Counted from the stretch's first letter, positions 48,803 to 62,428 are shown. The stretch: 64,000 nucleotides of DNA from an uncultured archaeon (GCA_000965745.1 CP009479.1:1216001-1280000); one strand, 5' to 3'. The notes: a model not told the origin generated them from the letters alone. A program made the numbers and translations.

Positions 48803-49761
48803 GGCATATCACGCTGCAGTTTTTCGTACAGTATTTTTTTCAGATTGTCCAGCGTCTCTTCCATCCCCACTGACACTGTTATATCCTCCCTGACTTCCTG
48901 CTCAATATCTATCTTGCTCTGCAACCTTATTATGGGTTTCCTCAGTATCTCACTTATTTCGCTGAAAAGCCTTTCCTGGGAGTTGTAAGAGTATCCGGAC
49001 TGGCCAGTGCCGTCAAATATGAACAACACCGACCCCGCTATATCTTTAAGGGCCAGAAGGGCTTTCTTCTCCATCTCATTCCTTTCCTCAGCAGGCCGGT
49101 CAAGGATCCCGGGGGTATCTATCAGCTGTATCTTCCTGTTGTTCACAGTAAGATACCCTATGTGTATGGACTGGGTCGTAAACGGATAGGGCGCAACCTT
49201 AACCTCATTTCCAGTAAGGGCCACAATCAGGGAGCTTTTTCCAACATTCGGCATTCCTGCAACAATGAATGTGGGGATTTCTGTATCAACCTCGGGGATT
49301 TTTCTCATGGAATCCCTGCAGTTTCCAAGGAAGAGCAGAGCATCACTGGCATCATTTATGAGGGAAGAGACGCGTCCGTAGTACTCCTTCATTATCTTGT
49401 TCATGTGGTAGATTTCAGACTCCTGCTTGAGCCTCTTTATGTAGTAGGTGCTAAGACTCTCAATCTTCTCTGAAATCCACTGTATCTTTCCAAGGCTCTT
49501 CTTATACTCATCCACGTCAAAAAGAAGATCTACTAGATCTTCATAGAAAGGGTGTATTTTTTCTATCGTGGGAAACTTCTTGATTAACTTCTTGAAATAG
49601 GAACAGGCAATGCCCTCTATTGTGGAAATCCTGTCTATGACTTCCTTGCGGACCTTGTCCGCTTTGTTAGGGAAGTAGGGCTCCTCTATCTTAGAGGCCT
49701 TTGAGAAGCATTTGTCAAGTATCTCCTGGCTTCTCAGTACGGTTGGAATGCGAGTAAACAC
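48781..49761 (-). CDS. NOG1-family GTPase
   Basis: GMPNVGKSS, YPFTT, DTPGILDRP, SKID. Confidence 0.92.
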   Translation of the reverse strand: MFTRIPTVLRSQEILDKCFSKASKIEEPYFPNKADKVRKEVIDRISTIEGIACSYFKKLIKKFPTIEKIHPFYEDLVDLLFDVDEYKKSLGKIQWISEKIESLSTYYIKRLKQESEIYHMNKIMKEYYGRVSSLINDASDALLFLGNCRDSMRKIPEVDTEIPTFIVAGMPNVGKSSLIVALTGNEVKVAPYPFTTQSIHIGYLTVNNRKIQLIDTPGILDRPAEERNEMEKKALLALKDIAGSVLFIFDGTGQSGYSYNSQERLFSEISEILRKPIIRLQSKIDIEQEVREDITVSVGMEETLDNLKKILYEKLQRDMPWSIGNQ

Positions 49762-49818
49762 AACGGGGTATTAAAAGGCAAGTTATTACTTTATTGATTC
49801 TTTCTGCTTCTGAAGAGA

Positions 49819-50004
49819 TTAATCTACTTCTTTAACGACCTTGTCCACTTTCTCTTTCAGTTCGTCGGTGAAGTCGTAAAACCCGTGTGCATATTTTGCG
49901 TGCATTCTCACATTGGAGAATATCTCATTTCTCGTTCCAACGTTGATTTCATAGCTGCAGTCCTGGTTGCCGATATCCTTGCACTTGAATGTATAACGAG
50001 TCAT
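49819..50004 (-). CDS. Small metal-binding protein (DUF1059-like)
   Basis: FKCKDIG..DC...HAKYAHG pattern. Confidence 0.8.
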   Translation of the reverse strand: MTRYTFKCKDIGNQDCSYEINVGTRNEIFSNVRMHAKYAHGFYDFTDELKEKVDKVVKEVD

Positions 50005-50124
50005 CCTCCCATCAATGTTAGAGATCGATAAATAATTATTGCAGTCATGAAGAAGAATATCGGCTTTTCTCCGTTGCAGACCAAGTCTTGACAAAGTCTA
50101 ATAGTGAAAATGCAATGTAGATCT

Positions 50125-50376
50125 ATGCTCGTTGAAGATCACAGATACATATCTTGTGGAGGCGATCCATTCAATTACATAAAGAGCACGATGAAAGGGC
50201 TTTACTTTCAGCTAGACCCTGGCCAGGATGCTCAGATACTGCTTCTGAAGGAGAAATTCCCCTATGACCGGAAGACCTTCGAAGGGGTGGCAAGAACATC
50301 GAAGCTTACGCTGTTTGATTTCAAAGAGGAAAAGGAGGAACTATCCCTCTTCGTGAGAAGGACAAATGAAAAGTGA
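50125..50376 (+). CDS. Possible divergent TusA/SirA-like protein
   Basis: DHRYISCGGDP resembles DxRGxxCPxP; LDPGQ...ILL; size fits. Confidence 0.5.
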   Translation: MLVEDHRYISCGGDPFNYIKSTMKGLYFQLDPGQDAQILLLKEKFPYDRKTFEGVARTSKLTLFDFKEEKEELSLFVRRTNEK

Positions 50377-50482
50377 ATATAATCTAGACACGGTGTTAGA
50401 GCGTTATTTTAAGGCGAAATTTCTAGATTGAAAAGGAAAAGTTATAATAATCATGCGAATTGTTGGAGTGCTTTGTACATAA

Positions 50483-52462
<1,980 letters not shown>

Positions 52463-52471
52463 GGTGGATAA

Positions 52472-54849
52472 ATGGAAAAGAAATCAATAGAGGAAGAGAT
52501 TAAAAAATCCTATCTGGAATACGCCATGAGCGTAATTGTAGGCCGGGCACTGCCAGATGTCAGGGACGGGCTAAAACCTGTCCAGAGGAGGATACTTTAC
52601 GCAATGCATGAACTGGGGTTCACGCATGACAAACCTTACAAGAAGTCAGCAAGGATTGTGGGAGAGACAATGGGTAAATACCATCCACATGGGGACACTG
52701 CCATATACGACACACTTGTCAGGATGGCCCAGAATTTCTCCTTCAGGTATCCGCTCATAGACGGCCAGGGAAATTTTGGGTCTATTGATGGCGACTCCCC
52801 TGCTGCCATGAGATACACTGAAGCCAGGATGACACAGCTTTCTGAGGAAATGCTGGAAGACATCAAGAAGGATACTGTAACATACCACCTGAATTTTGAC
52901 GGCTCACTCGAGGAACCTGATTTCCTCCCTGGAAAAGTGCCGCAGCTGCTCGTGAACGGTGCCTCCGGAATTGCTGTCGGAATGGCAACCAACATGCTCC
53001 CACATAACCTCAACGAGGTTTCGGATGCCATTATCCATGAAATAGACAACCCGGGCGCTTCAGTTGAAGACCTGCTTAATCACGTAAAGGCACCCGATTT
53101 TCCGGGGGCTGGTATTGTATTTTATACGCCTGAACTTGTAAATTCATACAAAACCGGAAGGGGCAAAGCAATCGTTCAGGGTGAAGTGGACCTCAACGAA
53201 AGCAGAAATATAATAATAACAAGCCTTCCCTACGGCGTCAACAAGGCACTTTTCATAGAAAATGTCGCAAACCAGGCAAAGCAGGAAGTTCTTAAGGGAA
53301 TCACCGACATCAGGGATGAAAGTGACAGGGACGGGATGAGGGTAGTCATCAAGGTCAGGGATGACGACATGAAGTCCCTGGTACTGAACCAGCTTTATGA
53401 ACATACTCAGCTCGAGACTTCAATAGGGATCATAAACCTGGCTCTGGTAAATAATGAGCCCAAGGTCCTGACGCTCAAGTCGATGGTGGAAATCTTCATA
53501 GACCATCGGCTCGAAATGATTCTGAAGAGATCGGAATACGATCTCGGGAAGCTCAAGCAGAGGGAGCATATCCTTCTCGGACTGAAAATTGCCCTCGACA
53601 ACCTGGACGACGTGATCGCATTAATAAAGGGCTCCAAAGACACTCCTGCCGCCAGAAAAGGTCTCATGGAGAGATTCGAGCTCACAGAGGAGCAGTCAAA
53701 TGCAATTCTTGAGATGAGGCTCCAGAGAATAACAGCCCTGGAGACTGAAAAGGTTCTGAAGGAGCTACAGGAGGTCAGAAAGGATATATCCAGGCTGGAG
53801 AAGATAGTCGAGAGCGACAGGGAGAGAAGAAAGATCCTCAAGAAAGAGCTCGAGTACCTGAAGAAAAAATACGGAGACGCAAGAAGGACAAAAATATCAT
53901 TCAGGGAGATCAAGGACAGATCGGTGGAGGACCTTATCCCTAAGGAAGAGGCACTGGTCGTCCTGAGTGAAGGTGGCCTTCTCAAGAGGCTTTCCCCGGA
54001 AGAATACAGGGCTCAGAGAAGGGGCGGAAAAGGAATAATCACTTCAAGCAGAAAAGAGGATTTCACAAAGACTGTAATAGCCTGCCCACCCATGATTCCG
54101 TTTATTTCTTCACCAACACTGGAAGGGTTCTAAAGACGAAAGCTTACGAGATACCAAAGAAAACAAGGAAAACAGTTGGAACAGTTGCAGAAGCCATAAT
54201 ACCTTTGATGGAGAGCGAAAAAGTAACACAGGTAATGAAGGCCCCTGAAAAGAAGGGGGAACACCTTATAATGCTCACAAAGAACGGTTTTATAAAGAAG
54301 ACTCCCGCAAAGCACCTCTTTGAAATGAGGGTGTCCGGCCTAAAGATCATCACTCTTGGCGAGGACGACGAGCTTATTGCCGTTGAGCACACCGAGAAAC
54401 CCGCAAAGATGTTCGTCGTTTCCAGCGCCGGCAAAGCATCACTGTTTGATACAAACGAAGTGAGGAGCACCGGCAGGACTTCCAGGGGCGTGAAGGCAAT
54501 AAGGCTCAAGAACCACGACTACACAATTTCCGGTTTCCTGGTCACACTGGAGTCCAGTGTCCTGAGCGTTTCAGAGAAAGGCATCGGGAAGAGAACAAAG
54601 GCAAAGGAGTTCCCAATGCACCATAGGGGAACCACCGGAGTCTATGTTTTCAAGGAAAGCACAAGGACAGGCCGCCTTGTCAAGGCACTTCCGGTGAGTG
54701 AAGAGGATGAAATTCTCATAGTTTCGAGGCTGGAAAAGACAATAAGGCTCAGGGTGAGCGACATAAGGGAGCAGTCCCGCCTCACTTCGGGAGTAATATT
54801 GATTGACCTTTCAGAGGGAGACAGCGTCATAGCGGCAACTGTCCTCTGA
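52472..54849 (+). CDS. gyrA: DNA gyrase subunit A, interrupted by a 1-nt frameshift at about 54086
   Basis: YHPHGD, AAMRYTE, GyrA-box QRRGGKG; homology continues in another frame ([14 protein letters not shown]) into ORF 54205-54849. Confidence 0.93.
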
Positions 54850-54888
54850 GGCCAACAATTATTATATTTTACATCCAAATCAGATTCC

Positions 54889-55893
54889 GTGAACATCTCT
54901 TTAATCGGAATTGGCAACGTTGGAAAAAGGGTCCTTGAGATAATACGCGACGCTCAGTCCGGACTCAGGGAGCGGTCCGGCGAATCAATAAAAGTGATAT
55001 CGGCAAGCGATTCCAGGCATACGGTATATTCGGAAAATGGAATGGACGTCAGCAGGGTTCTTGAGGCAAAGTCCCGGGGAGACATAAGGAAATCCGGGTA
55101 CAGGGAGCTTGTATTCGATGAAATTTTTTCACTGAAAACGGAAGCGATTGTTGATGTGGCTTCAGCCACTCCGGACGGCATTGCAGGGAGGGACCTCTAC
55201 CTCAAGGCTTTCGGGGCAGGCAAGGATATTGTTACCGCAAACAAGTCACCACTGGCCCTTCACTGGGAACAGATAATGGACGAATGCAAGCAGGCAGGGA
55301 GAAGGATAAGGTTCGAGTCAACAGTCGCTGGCGGGGTGCCTCTTTTTAACCTGAGGGACTTCTCAATAATCCCGTCAGAGGTTCTCCAGTTCAGGGGTGT
55401 TGTGAGCTCTTCCGTGAATATTATTCTTAACGACATAATAAATGGCAGGAGCTTCGAATCATCAGTTGAATACGCCATAAAACAGGGAATTGCAGAGACC
55501 AACTACCATGACGACACCTTGGGCCTTGATGCCGCAAGAAAGACGGTTATACTTGCAAACGCACTCTTTGGCACCAATCTCACATTAAACGACATACAGT
55601 ATGAAGGTGTTGAGGGGAATATGGACAAGGTCAGTTCACTAAAGGGCAAAGGGGGCCTGTACAGGGTCGTTTCCAGCATAAGGAAGGAAGGCTCACGCAC
55701 TTCAGTATTCTCAGGGATTGAGGAAATCGGGGAAAAGGATCCTCTTAGAGCCCTGGGAAACGAATCGCTGGGCTATACCATGCGCACAGACATGAATGGG
55801 GAAGTACTGGTGGTTGGCCTGGAAGACACACCGCTGGAGACTGCATCCGGAGTTGTCAATGATATTGCACTTCTGGCAAAAACCAGGGCGTGA
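54889..55893 (+). CDS. hom: Homoserine dehydrogenase
   Basis: GIGNVG, VTANKSP, FESTVAGGVP, GIAE...D..GLDAARK. Confidence 0.92.
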   Translation: MNISLIGIGNVGKRVLEIIRDAQSGLRERSGESIKVISASDSRHTVYSENGMDVSRVLEAKSRGDIRKSGYRELVFDEIFSLKTEAIVDVASATPDGIAGRDLYLKAFGAGKDIVTANKSPLALHWEQIMDECKQAGRRIRFESTVAGGVPLFNLRDFSIIPSEVLQFRGVVSSSVNIILNDIINGRSFESSVEYAIKQGIAETNYHDDTLGLDAARKTVILANALFGTNLTLNDIQYEGVEGNMDKVSSLKGKGGLYRVVSSIRKEGSRTSVFSGIEEIGEKDPLRALGNESLGYTMRTDMNGEVLVVGLEDTPLETASGVVNDIALLAKTRA

Positions 55894-56119
55894 CATCATT
55901 AATCATTTGCAGATGTTCCAATGAAACAGTAAAATAGTATGCCGGGATTAATACTCGATGTTCTGTTGTTTCAGTAACACACACAGGCAGAATGGCCACA
56001 CAGGGAAGAAAAATACAGTGAGTAGGACTTGTATCATTCGATTGACATAAGAAAGCAAGGGGCGATAATTTCTGGACGTTTACAATAAGGCACAAGAGAG
56101 TCTGTCCAGCCATACATCA

Positions 56120-57070
56120 GTGAGATCTTATGAGATTCCCATAAGAATCCGGGCGCTTAAAACAGCCAACATATATGTGGTTGAGACAGAAAGCAGGAAA
56201 ATACTTGTAGACTCGGGCATGGGGCCGGAAGTTGACAATTTTCTGAAATTCTCCGGCGAAGATGCAAAGACATTCGATCTGATTATTCTGAGTCATTTGC
56301 ATATAGACCATATCGGGGGTGCAGTTCACCTCAGATCCAAGTACGGCATTCCGGTCGGTATGGGTGCTGGAGACATAGACCTGATGAACAGGATAAAGGG
56401 CGATCCAAACTGGTTTGAGAAGAGCTATACCGGGCAGCTCAAAGAAAACGGCATGCCGGAAGCCCTGCTGAACAAATACACGAGGGAGACCCCAATCATG
56501 AGGGAGATCGACTACTACCAGAATTTTGAAGTTGACGAGAGGCTTGACGGCAATTACAGTCTTGGCACGAAAACCGGAATAAAGCTCATAGATGTTCCCG
56601 GGCACTCTCCCGGCTCAATATGTGTGTATCTGCCCAATGAGAAGACAATCTTCACGGGAGACCATGTTCTCCGGAATATAAGCCCGAACATCAGCAAATA
56701 TGTCGGGATAAGGGACTCACTTGGCAGTTACCTGTCCAGCCTGGAGAAACTTGCAGATCTTGAGACAGAATATGTCCTCCCGGGCCATGGAATGCCATTC
56801 AATTCTCTTCATGACAGGGTTTCTGACCTGATATCCCACCACAGGGCAAGGCTGGATGAGATAATTGAGATTGACAGAGACTGGTATTCCGCATACGAAA
56901 TTGCAGGAAGAATGAAATGGAGCAAGGGCAGGAGCATGGATTCTATGAACACGATGGAGACAATATTCGCCGTTGGTGAAGCCACTTCGCACCTCGAAAG
57001 GCTGGAAGAAGAGGGGAAAGTAAAGGCCACTGACAGAGATGGAGTGAAACTTTACAAGACCTCCACCTGA
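56120..57070 (+). CDS. MBL-fold metallo-hydrolase with C-terminal wHTH-like domain
   Basis: SHLHIDHIGG, PGHSPG, TGDH, PGHG. Confidence 0.88.
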   Translation: MRSYEIPIRIRALKTANIYVVETESRKILVDSGMGPEVDNFLKFSGEDAKTFDLIILSHLHIDHIGGAVHLRSKYGIPVGMGAGDIDLMNRIKGDPNWFEKSYTGQLKENGMPEALLNKYTRETPIMREIDYYQNFEVDERLDGNYSLGTKTGIKLIDVPGHSPGSICVYLPNEKTIFTGDHVLRNISPNISKYVGIRDSLGSYLSSLEKLADLETEYVLPGHGMPFNSLHDRVSDLISHHRARLDEIIEIDRDWYSAYEIAGRMKWSKGRSMDSMNTMETIFAVGEATSHLERLEEEGKVKATDRDGVKLYKTST

Positions 57071-57075
57071 ATAAT

Positions 57076-57873
57076 TTATTCCTTCAACATTCCATAATCA
57101 TGATCCGAAAGCTCAAATTCCATTGCTTCCACAAATTGCATTATATGCTCTTTACTGGAGGATTTTGGTATGGGTATTGAACGTTTCATCAGGTAGTTGA
57201 GTGCAACGGAAACAGGGCTGTGACTGATATTCTCAGCTAATCTGTTGAGGGATTTCAAACTCTTCAGGTTCCCCCGGTTGATTGGTGAATAAGCAATTAT
57301 CCTCACATTGTTCTCTTCGCAGTACGGGATTATGTCTGATTCACACTTCCTCTTCACGATGCTGTATTCAATCTGGTTGGCAACTATTTCATGGCGGGAT
57401 GCATTTTCCATGGCTTCCTGAACCTCATTCACGTCAAAGTTGCTTACTCCTATATTCTTTACAAGGCCCTGGTCCACGAGCTCTTCCATGGCTCCCAGGG
57501 TTTCCCTCAGAGGCACGGACCTGTTGGGCCAGTGGATCAGGTAAAGGTCAATATATGGTGTATCGAGCCTCGACAGGCTCCCTCTTGCAGCCTTTATGAC
57601 TTCGTCGTGCCTGAGATGATTGTGCCAGACCTTGGTCGTAACGAAAACATCTTCCCTTGGAACGTCTCTTATCGCCTTTCCCACAAGCTCCTCGGAATGC
57701 CCGGCTGAATATACTTCCGCCGTATCTATGAACGTGATGCCCTGGTCAATTGCGAATTTCAAAGCCTCGATGTGTTCCCTGTCGTGCCTGTTATCCGCTG
57801 CGCTTGTGCCGCCAATGCCCCAGGTGCCAATTCCAACAGGCGATACCTTGCGCCCTGCAATTTCACGAATCAT
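57076..57873 (-). CDS. Aldo/keto reductase
   Basis: GIGTWG, DTAEVY, DLYLIHWP, IGVSNF, AYSP, IPKS. Confidence 0.93.
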   Translation of the reverse strand: MIREIAGRKVSPVGIGTWGIGGTSAADNRHDREHIEALKFAIDQGITFIDTAEVYSAGHSEELVGKAIRDVPREDVFVTTKVWHNHLRHDEVIKAARGSLSRLDTPYIDLYLIHWPNRSVPLRETLGAMEELVDQGLVKNIGVSNFDVNEVQEAMENASRHEIVANQIEYSIVKRKCESDIIPYCEENNVRIIAYSPINRGNLKSLKSLNRLAENISHSPVSVALNYLMKRSIPIPKSSSKEHIMQFVEAMEFELSDHDYGMLKE

Positions 57874-57980
57874 GATGGGATAGCATGTGAAGGCTGATAT
57901 TTCAATTTAGGCTATATTCTCATTTTTCATCAGGTTAATGAACCTCCCGGCCCTACCATCATGGCACAGGTGCAAGATAT

Positions 57981-60365
57981 ATGGCCAGGGCATTCGGAAA
58001 GCCAGGAATTGAACCAAAATGGACTCATGGAAACAAGGACGGCATAGGGACTGCATACCATTCAAGCAGCCAGATCTGGTTTACCATATGGAATGGAATT
58101 CTAACTGAGATATACTACCCGACAGTGGACAAACCACAGGTGAGAGACCTGCAATACCTCATCTCTGATGGGAAGGGACTGTTCCACGAAGAGAAGGTCG
58201 ACCTGGTGCACAGGATTGAAAAGATCCATATGGACGGCCTCGCATACAGGATCACAAACACAGATCCAGACGGAAGGTATGAGATCAGGAAGGAAATAAT
58301 ATCCGACCCGCACTCTTCTGTTATTCTCCAGCATACGTCCATAGACGGCAAGGAGGACTTTCTCAGAAGAATGAGCCTCTACGTCCTGTGTGCACCCCAC
58401 CTGGACGTTGGCGGCTGGTCAAACAACGGCAGCACTGTAAGGATAAACGGCAGGGATGTGCTTCTGGCGGAGAAGAACGGGACTTACCTTGCGATATCCG
58501 CATCGGTGCCGTTCAAAAAGGTATCCTGCGGATACGTCGGACAAAGCGATGGCTGGACAGACATATCGCAGAACCACCGCATGACATACGAGTTCAACTC
58601 CTCGGAGGATGGAAACATTGCCCTTACGGGGGAGATTGACCTGTCAGCATCCAGGGAATTTGTACTGGGAGCATCACTTGGAGACAGCATGCACAGTGCA
58701 GTGACAAGGCTTTTCCAGGCATTGTCCATGGATTTCAAAGAAAGCAGGAAAAGATATTTCCAGCAATGGGAAAGGGGCCTGAGCAGGGTGGTGCCGCTTG
58801 AGGAATTATCCTCTGACGGAGGGAAGCTTTACAGGTCCTCGTACAGCATACTCCTTGCACATGAAGACAAGACCTACGAAGGGTCGGTCATCGCATCATT
58901 GTCAATTCCATGGGGCGAGGTGGCAGGAGACAACGACAGAGGGGGCTACCACCTTGTCTGGACAAGAGACCTGTACAACAGTGCTACTGCCGCTCTTGCG
59001 GCGGGAAACAGGGAGCTTCCATTGAGGGCTCTCATATATCTTTCAGTATCCCAGCTTGACGATGGCGGATTCGCACAGAATTTCTGGATAGACGGAACTC
59101 CATACTGGCACGGCGTCCAGCTTGACGAAGCTGCTTTTCCCATAATACTTGCGTGGAAACTGAGGTCTGAGAACGCACTGAGGACTTTTGATCCATACAC
59201 AATGGTCCTGGAAGCCGCTGCCTTTATCGTGAAGAATGGGCCGGCTACACAGCAGGAGAGATGGGAGGAGGCATCAGGATACTCACCATCCACAATAGCA
59301 TCAAACATTGCAGCTTTAGTATGTGCCGCATCGTTTGCCAGGGATGGTGGGGACCAGGCCACCGCAACATACCTGGAAGAATACGCAGACTTTCTGGAGT
59401 GCCACATTGAATCCTGGACTGTTACAACACAAGGGACCCTTGTCCCGGGAATACCGCGCCATTTCATCAGGATACGGCCGGCAAGTGTTCCCGACGGGGT
59501 TCCGGATGAGGACCCAAACACCGGCACTCTCCACATCAACAATATCTCGCCAGAGGAAACTTCCGACTTTTCTTCAAAGGACATTGTCGACGGCGGATTC
59601 CTGGAATTTGTCAGATACGGCATCCGAAAGGCTGATGACACTGTAATCCTCGACTCAATAAAGGTCATAGACAATATTCTGAAGGTCGACACGCCATACG
59701 GTCCGGTATGGCACAGGTACAACCATGACGGCTACGGCCAGAGAGACGACGGCTCAGCCTATCAGGGTTGGGGAAGGGGCAGGGCATGGCCTCTGTTGAC
59801 AGGCGAGAGGGGGCATTATGAAATTTCGGCCGGGAACTCCCCTGACAGTTTTATCAAGGCCATGGAGAATTTTGCATCGCATACCATGATGATTCCGGAA
59901 CAGGTGTGGGACAAGCCGGATTTTACCGAAAGGCACTTGCATCTCGGAAGGGCAACCGGGTCCGCCAGGCCTCTTGTGTGGGCTCATGCAGAGTACATCA
60001 AGCTTCTGAGGTCCGCAAGGGAGGGGAAACCGTACGACAGGATCGACATTGTTGAAAACAGGTACATCACGGATCGTTCAGCATGCAGGAAATTTGAGGT
60101 GTGGAAACACAATAGAAGAATCGGAAAAATAGGTGAAGGCCTCACTCTGAGGATACAGGCTGACAGGCCCTTTACCCTCCACTGGTCAAACGACAGCTGG
60201 AAAACGCAGAACGATTCGGATTCCAATGCAACAGGGCTTTCAGTGTATTACACGGATATACAGCCCGCGGACCTTGAAGCAGGATCAGTAAAATTCACGT
60301 TCAGATGGTCCGATGACGGGAGCTGGGAAGGGCATGACCATGAAATACTTGTCAACAAGGATTGA
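57981..60365 (+). CDS. GH15 glucoamylase/glucodextranase-type hydrolase
   Basis: GGYHLVWTRDL, QLDE, QERWEE, IPEQVWD, PLVWAHAEY. Confidence 0.93.
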   Translation: MARAFGKPGIEPKWTHGNKDGIGTAYHSSSQIWFTIWNGILTEIYYPTVDKPQVRDLQYLISDGKGLFHEEKVDLVHRIEKIHMDGLAYRITNTDPDGRYEIRKEIISDPHSSVILQHTSIDGKEDFLRRMSLYVLCAPHLDVGGWSNNGSTVRINGRDVLLAEKNGTYLAISASVPFKKVSCGYVGQSDGWTDISQNHRMTYEFNSSEDGNIALTGEIDLSASREFVLGASLGDSMHSAVTRLFQALSMDFKESRKRYFQQWERGLSRVVPLEELSSDGGKLYRSSYSILLAHEDKTYEGSVIASLSIPWGEVAGDNDRGGYHLVWTRDLYNSATAALAAGNRELPLRALIYLSVSQLDDGGFAQNFWIDGTPYWHGVQLDEAAFPIILAWKLRSENALRTFDPYTMVLEAAAFIVKNGPATQQERWEEASGYSPSTIASNIAALVCAASFARDGGDQATATYLEEYADFLECHIESWTVTTQGTLVPGIPRHFIRIRPASVPDGVPDEDPNTGTLHINNISPEETSDFSSKDIVDGGFLEFVRYGIRKADDTVILDSIKVIDNILKVDTPYGPVWHRYNHDGYGQRDDGSAYQGWGRGRAWPLLTGERGHYEISAGNSPDSFIKAMENFASHTMMIPEQVWDKPDFTERHLHLGRATGSARPLVWAHAEYIKLLRSAREGKPYDRIDIVENRYITDRSACRKFEVWKHNRRIGKIGEGLTLRIQADRPFTLHWSNDSWKTQNDSDSNATGLSVYYTDIQPADLEAGSVKFTFRWSDDGSWEGHDHEILVNKD

Positions 60366-60403
60366 AGCAGAAACAGCATGTCGGTGGAAAAGAGTATTGT
60401 GCA

Positions 60404-61882
60404 CTAATCCGTCGTCTCTGATGTATTTGTGAACAGGAAAGCATTCACCGGAATTTTGTTCCTGGTAAACCTGTCAGCATTAAGTGAGATGTTGGTGCTG
60501 AGCCACATAACCGGCAGGGTGAATCCCCAGAGGAGGAGGCTGAACTGAAGCTGCTGCCCCATCCCGAATTCCGGCCATATAACGGTAAGCCCTATGGCGC
60601 TAATGTAGAATACCACTATCGCCAGCATGCTGAACATCATCGTGATGAATTCAAGATAAAGCATCCTGACCTCATTTTCATTGCCTTTGAATACCATCCC
60701 GGAAAGGATTCCGGAAGCCACAGAAACTACTCCCATCACCGAGAATACGAGGGAACTGTTGACAGTGGGCAGTGTTATCTGCGGAACATACCATATGAAC
60801 ATGCCTATGGATGATAGCGCCACAAGGAGATAGGTGAGCACGACGGGCATTTTCCTTTTCACAGGCAGGACCCGGTTTACAAGATACACAACAAATATGC
60901 CGTAAACAAACATCAATATATTGACGCTGGAAAATACGGCCAGATTACTCTGCAGCGACAGGTAAACGACATAGGTGCTGTATACGGGTACGGCAATCAG
61001 TGATATTATCATGGAAAACATGAACCAGCCGCTTTCGGTAACCTTCCATATTGAATCAAGAAGCCTGACCCTCTTGCCCTTGAGGTAGAACTTGATCAGC
61101 AGGATATCGGTCAGAAGAAGGAACACAATGCTCTCACTTATAAGCGGTATTATCGCAGTGAACAGAATTGCAGCTATTGCGGAAGGGAAGGAGGCGGTTA
61201 TGCCTTCACACTGGCAGCTGAGAACAGTAACTGCATTGCTGACCGTCTTCCTGACGCTACCAGAGCCCTTGAAGCTCAGGAGCTTGAAAATCAGGTAGTA
61301 ATTTTCAGTAAGCACCACGGAGAGCACAGTGAAAAGGGTTACAATGGGAACACTTACAGAGAGTATGAAGTACCGGGAATAGAAGACTATTCCATCCGTG
61401 AACATCAGGGGAACTCCGCCGGGAAGGACATCATCATATATGGATCCAAAGGCCATTGCGTAACTCGGTGGACCTGTATCCATTCTCAGGGAACTCCCGA
61501 GAATGAACATCGCAAATATCACGCCTATGAACGCAGCAAGCTTGGAAACTGTCCTCCTGCTGAAACCCACGGTTCTGGAAAAGTATGCAAGTGATGAAAT
61601 CAAGGATACTGCTGAAAAGGGAAGTAGTGAGAAATAGGGGATTGTTGCAACAAAAAGCAGGGAATACACGGTGATCAGGACTCCGATTATGTAAATCTCA
61701 GCCTCCCTGTACACGGTAAGGAAAATTGAGGCAACTGTAAGCAGAGCAATTATGATCGGAGGAACATACATCTGGGAAGCGAGTATTGGGTCAACGTAAA
61801 CGAGCCCAAGTTTAATCCCGAAGAAGAAAAGCATCAGGTATGAAGCGAGGGATACGACAGCATAGAACAAGGAGCTCTTCAT
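60404..61882 (-). CDS. Hypothetical polytopic membrane protein with SCQCE motif
   Basis: 492 aa, many TM segments, central CxC. Confidence 0.8.
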   Translation of the reverse strand: MKSSLFYAVVSLASYLMLFFFGIKLGLVYVDPILASQMYVPPIIIALLTVASIFLTVYREAEIYIIGVLITVYSLLFVATIPYFSLLPFSAVSLISSLAYFSRTVGFSRRTVSKLAAFIGVIFAMFILGSSLRMDTGPPSYAMAFGSIYDDVLPGGVPLMFTDGIVFYSRYFILSVSVPIVTLFTVLSVVLTENYYLIFKLLSFKGSGSVRKTVSNAVTVLSCQCEGITASFPSAIAAILFTAIIPLISESIVFLLLTDILLIKFYLKGKRVRLLDSIWKVTESGWFMFSMIISLIAVPVYSTYVVYLSLQSNLAVFSSVNILMFVYGIFVVYLVNRVLPVKRKMPVVLTYLLVALSSIGMFIWYVPQITLPTVNSSLVFSVMGVVSVASGILSGMVFKGNENEVRMLYLEFITMMFSMLAIVVFYISAIGLTVIWPEFGMGQQLQFSLLLWGFTLPVMWLSTNISLNADRFTRNKIPVNAFLFTNTSETTD

Positions 61883-61972
61883 TGAACGCTACTTGATTTT
61901 CTGAAGTTATAAGTACGTTGCTGAATCCGGTCCTGGATCAAGTTCTTAATGGAAGCAACATTCACATTACCC

Positions 61973-62428
61973 ATGTCACGCGTTTTACTGGAAACAAATT
62001 CGGGCGATATCGAGGTTGAGCTTTTCGAGGACACAATGCCTGTCACAGCAGGCAACTTCAGGAAACTGGTTGAAAAAGGATTCTACAACGGCGTAATATT
62101 TCACAGGGTGATCCCCGGTTTTGTAATTCAGGGGGGTGATCCCACAGGTACAGGCATGGGCGGTCCGGGTTACTCAATAAAGGATGAATTCACAAAAAAT
62201 AACAAGAATGACAGGGGGACCCTTTCAATGGCAAATGCAGGGCCGAACACAGGAGGGAGCCAGTTCTTCATAAACCTTGCCAACAACAATTTCCTTGACG
62301 ACAAGCACCCTGTCTTCGGAAAGGTGACCAGGGGACTGGACGTTGTCGACAGCATAGCAAAAACCCAGACCGACAGAAACGACAAGCCCAAGGAAAAGAT
62401 GTTCATCAAGGAAGCAAGGATGCTGTGA
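61973..62428 (+). CDS. Cyclophilin-type peptidyl-prolyl isomerase
   Basis: [42 protein letters not shown]. Confidence 0.96.
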   Translation: MSRVLLETNSGDIEVELFEDTMPVTAGNFRKLVEKGFYNGVIFHRVIPGFVIQGGDPTGTGMGGPGYSIKDEFTKNNKNDRGTLSMANAGPNTGGSQFFINLANNNFLDDKHPVFGKVTRGLDVVDSIAKTQTDRNDKPKEKMFIKEARML

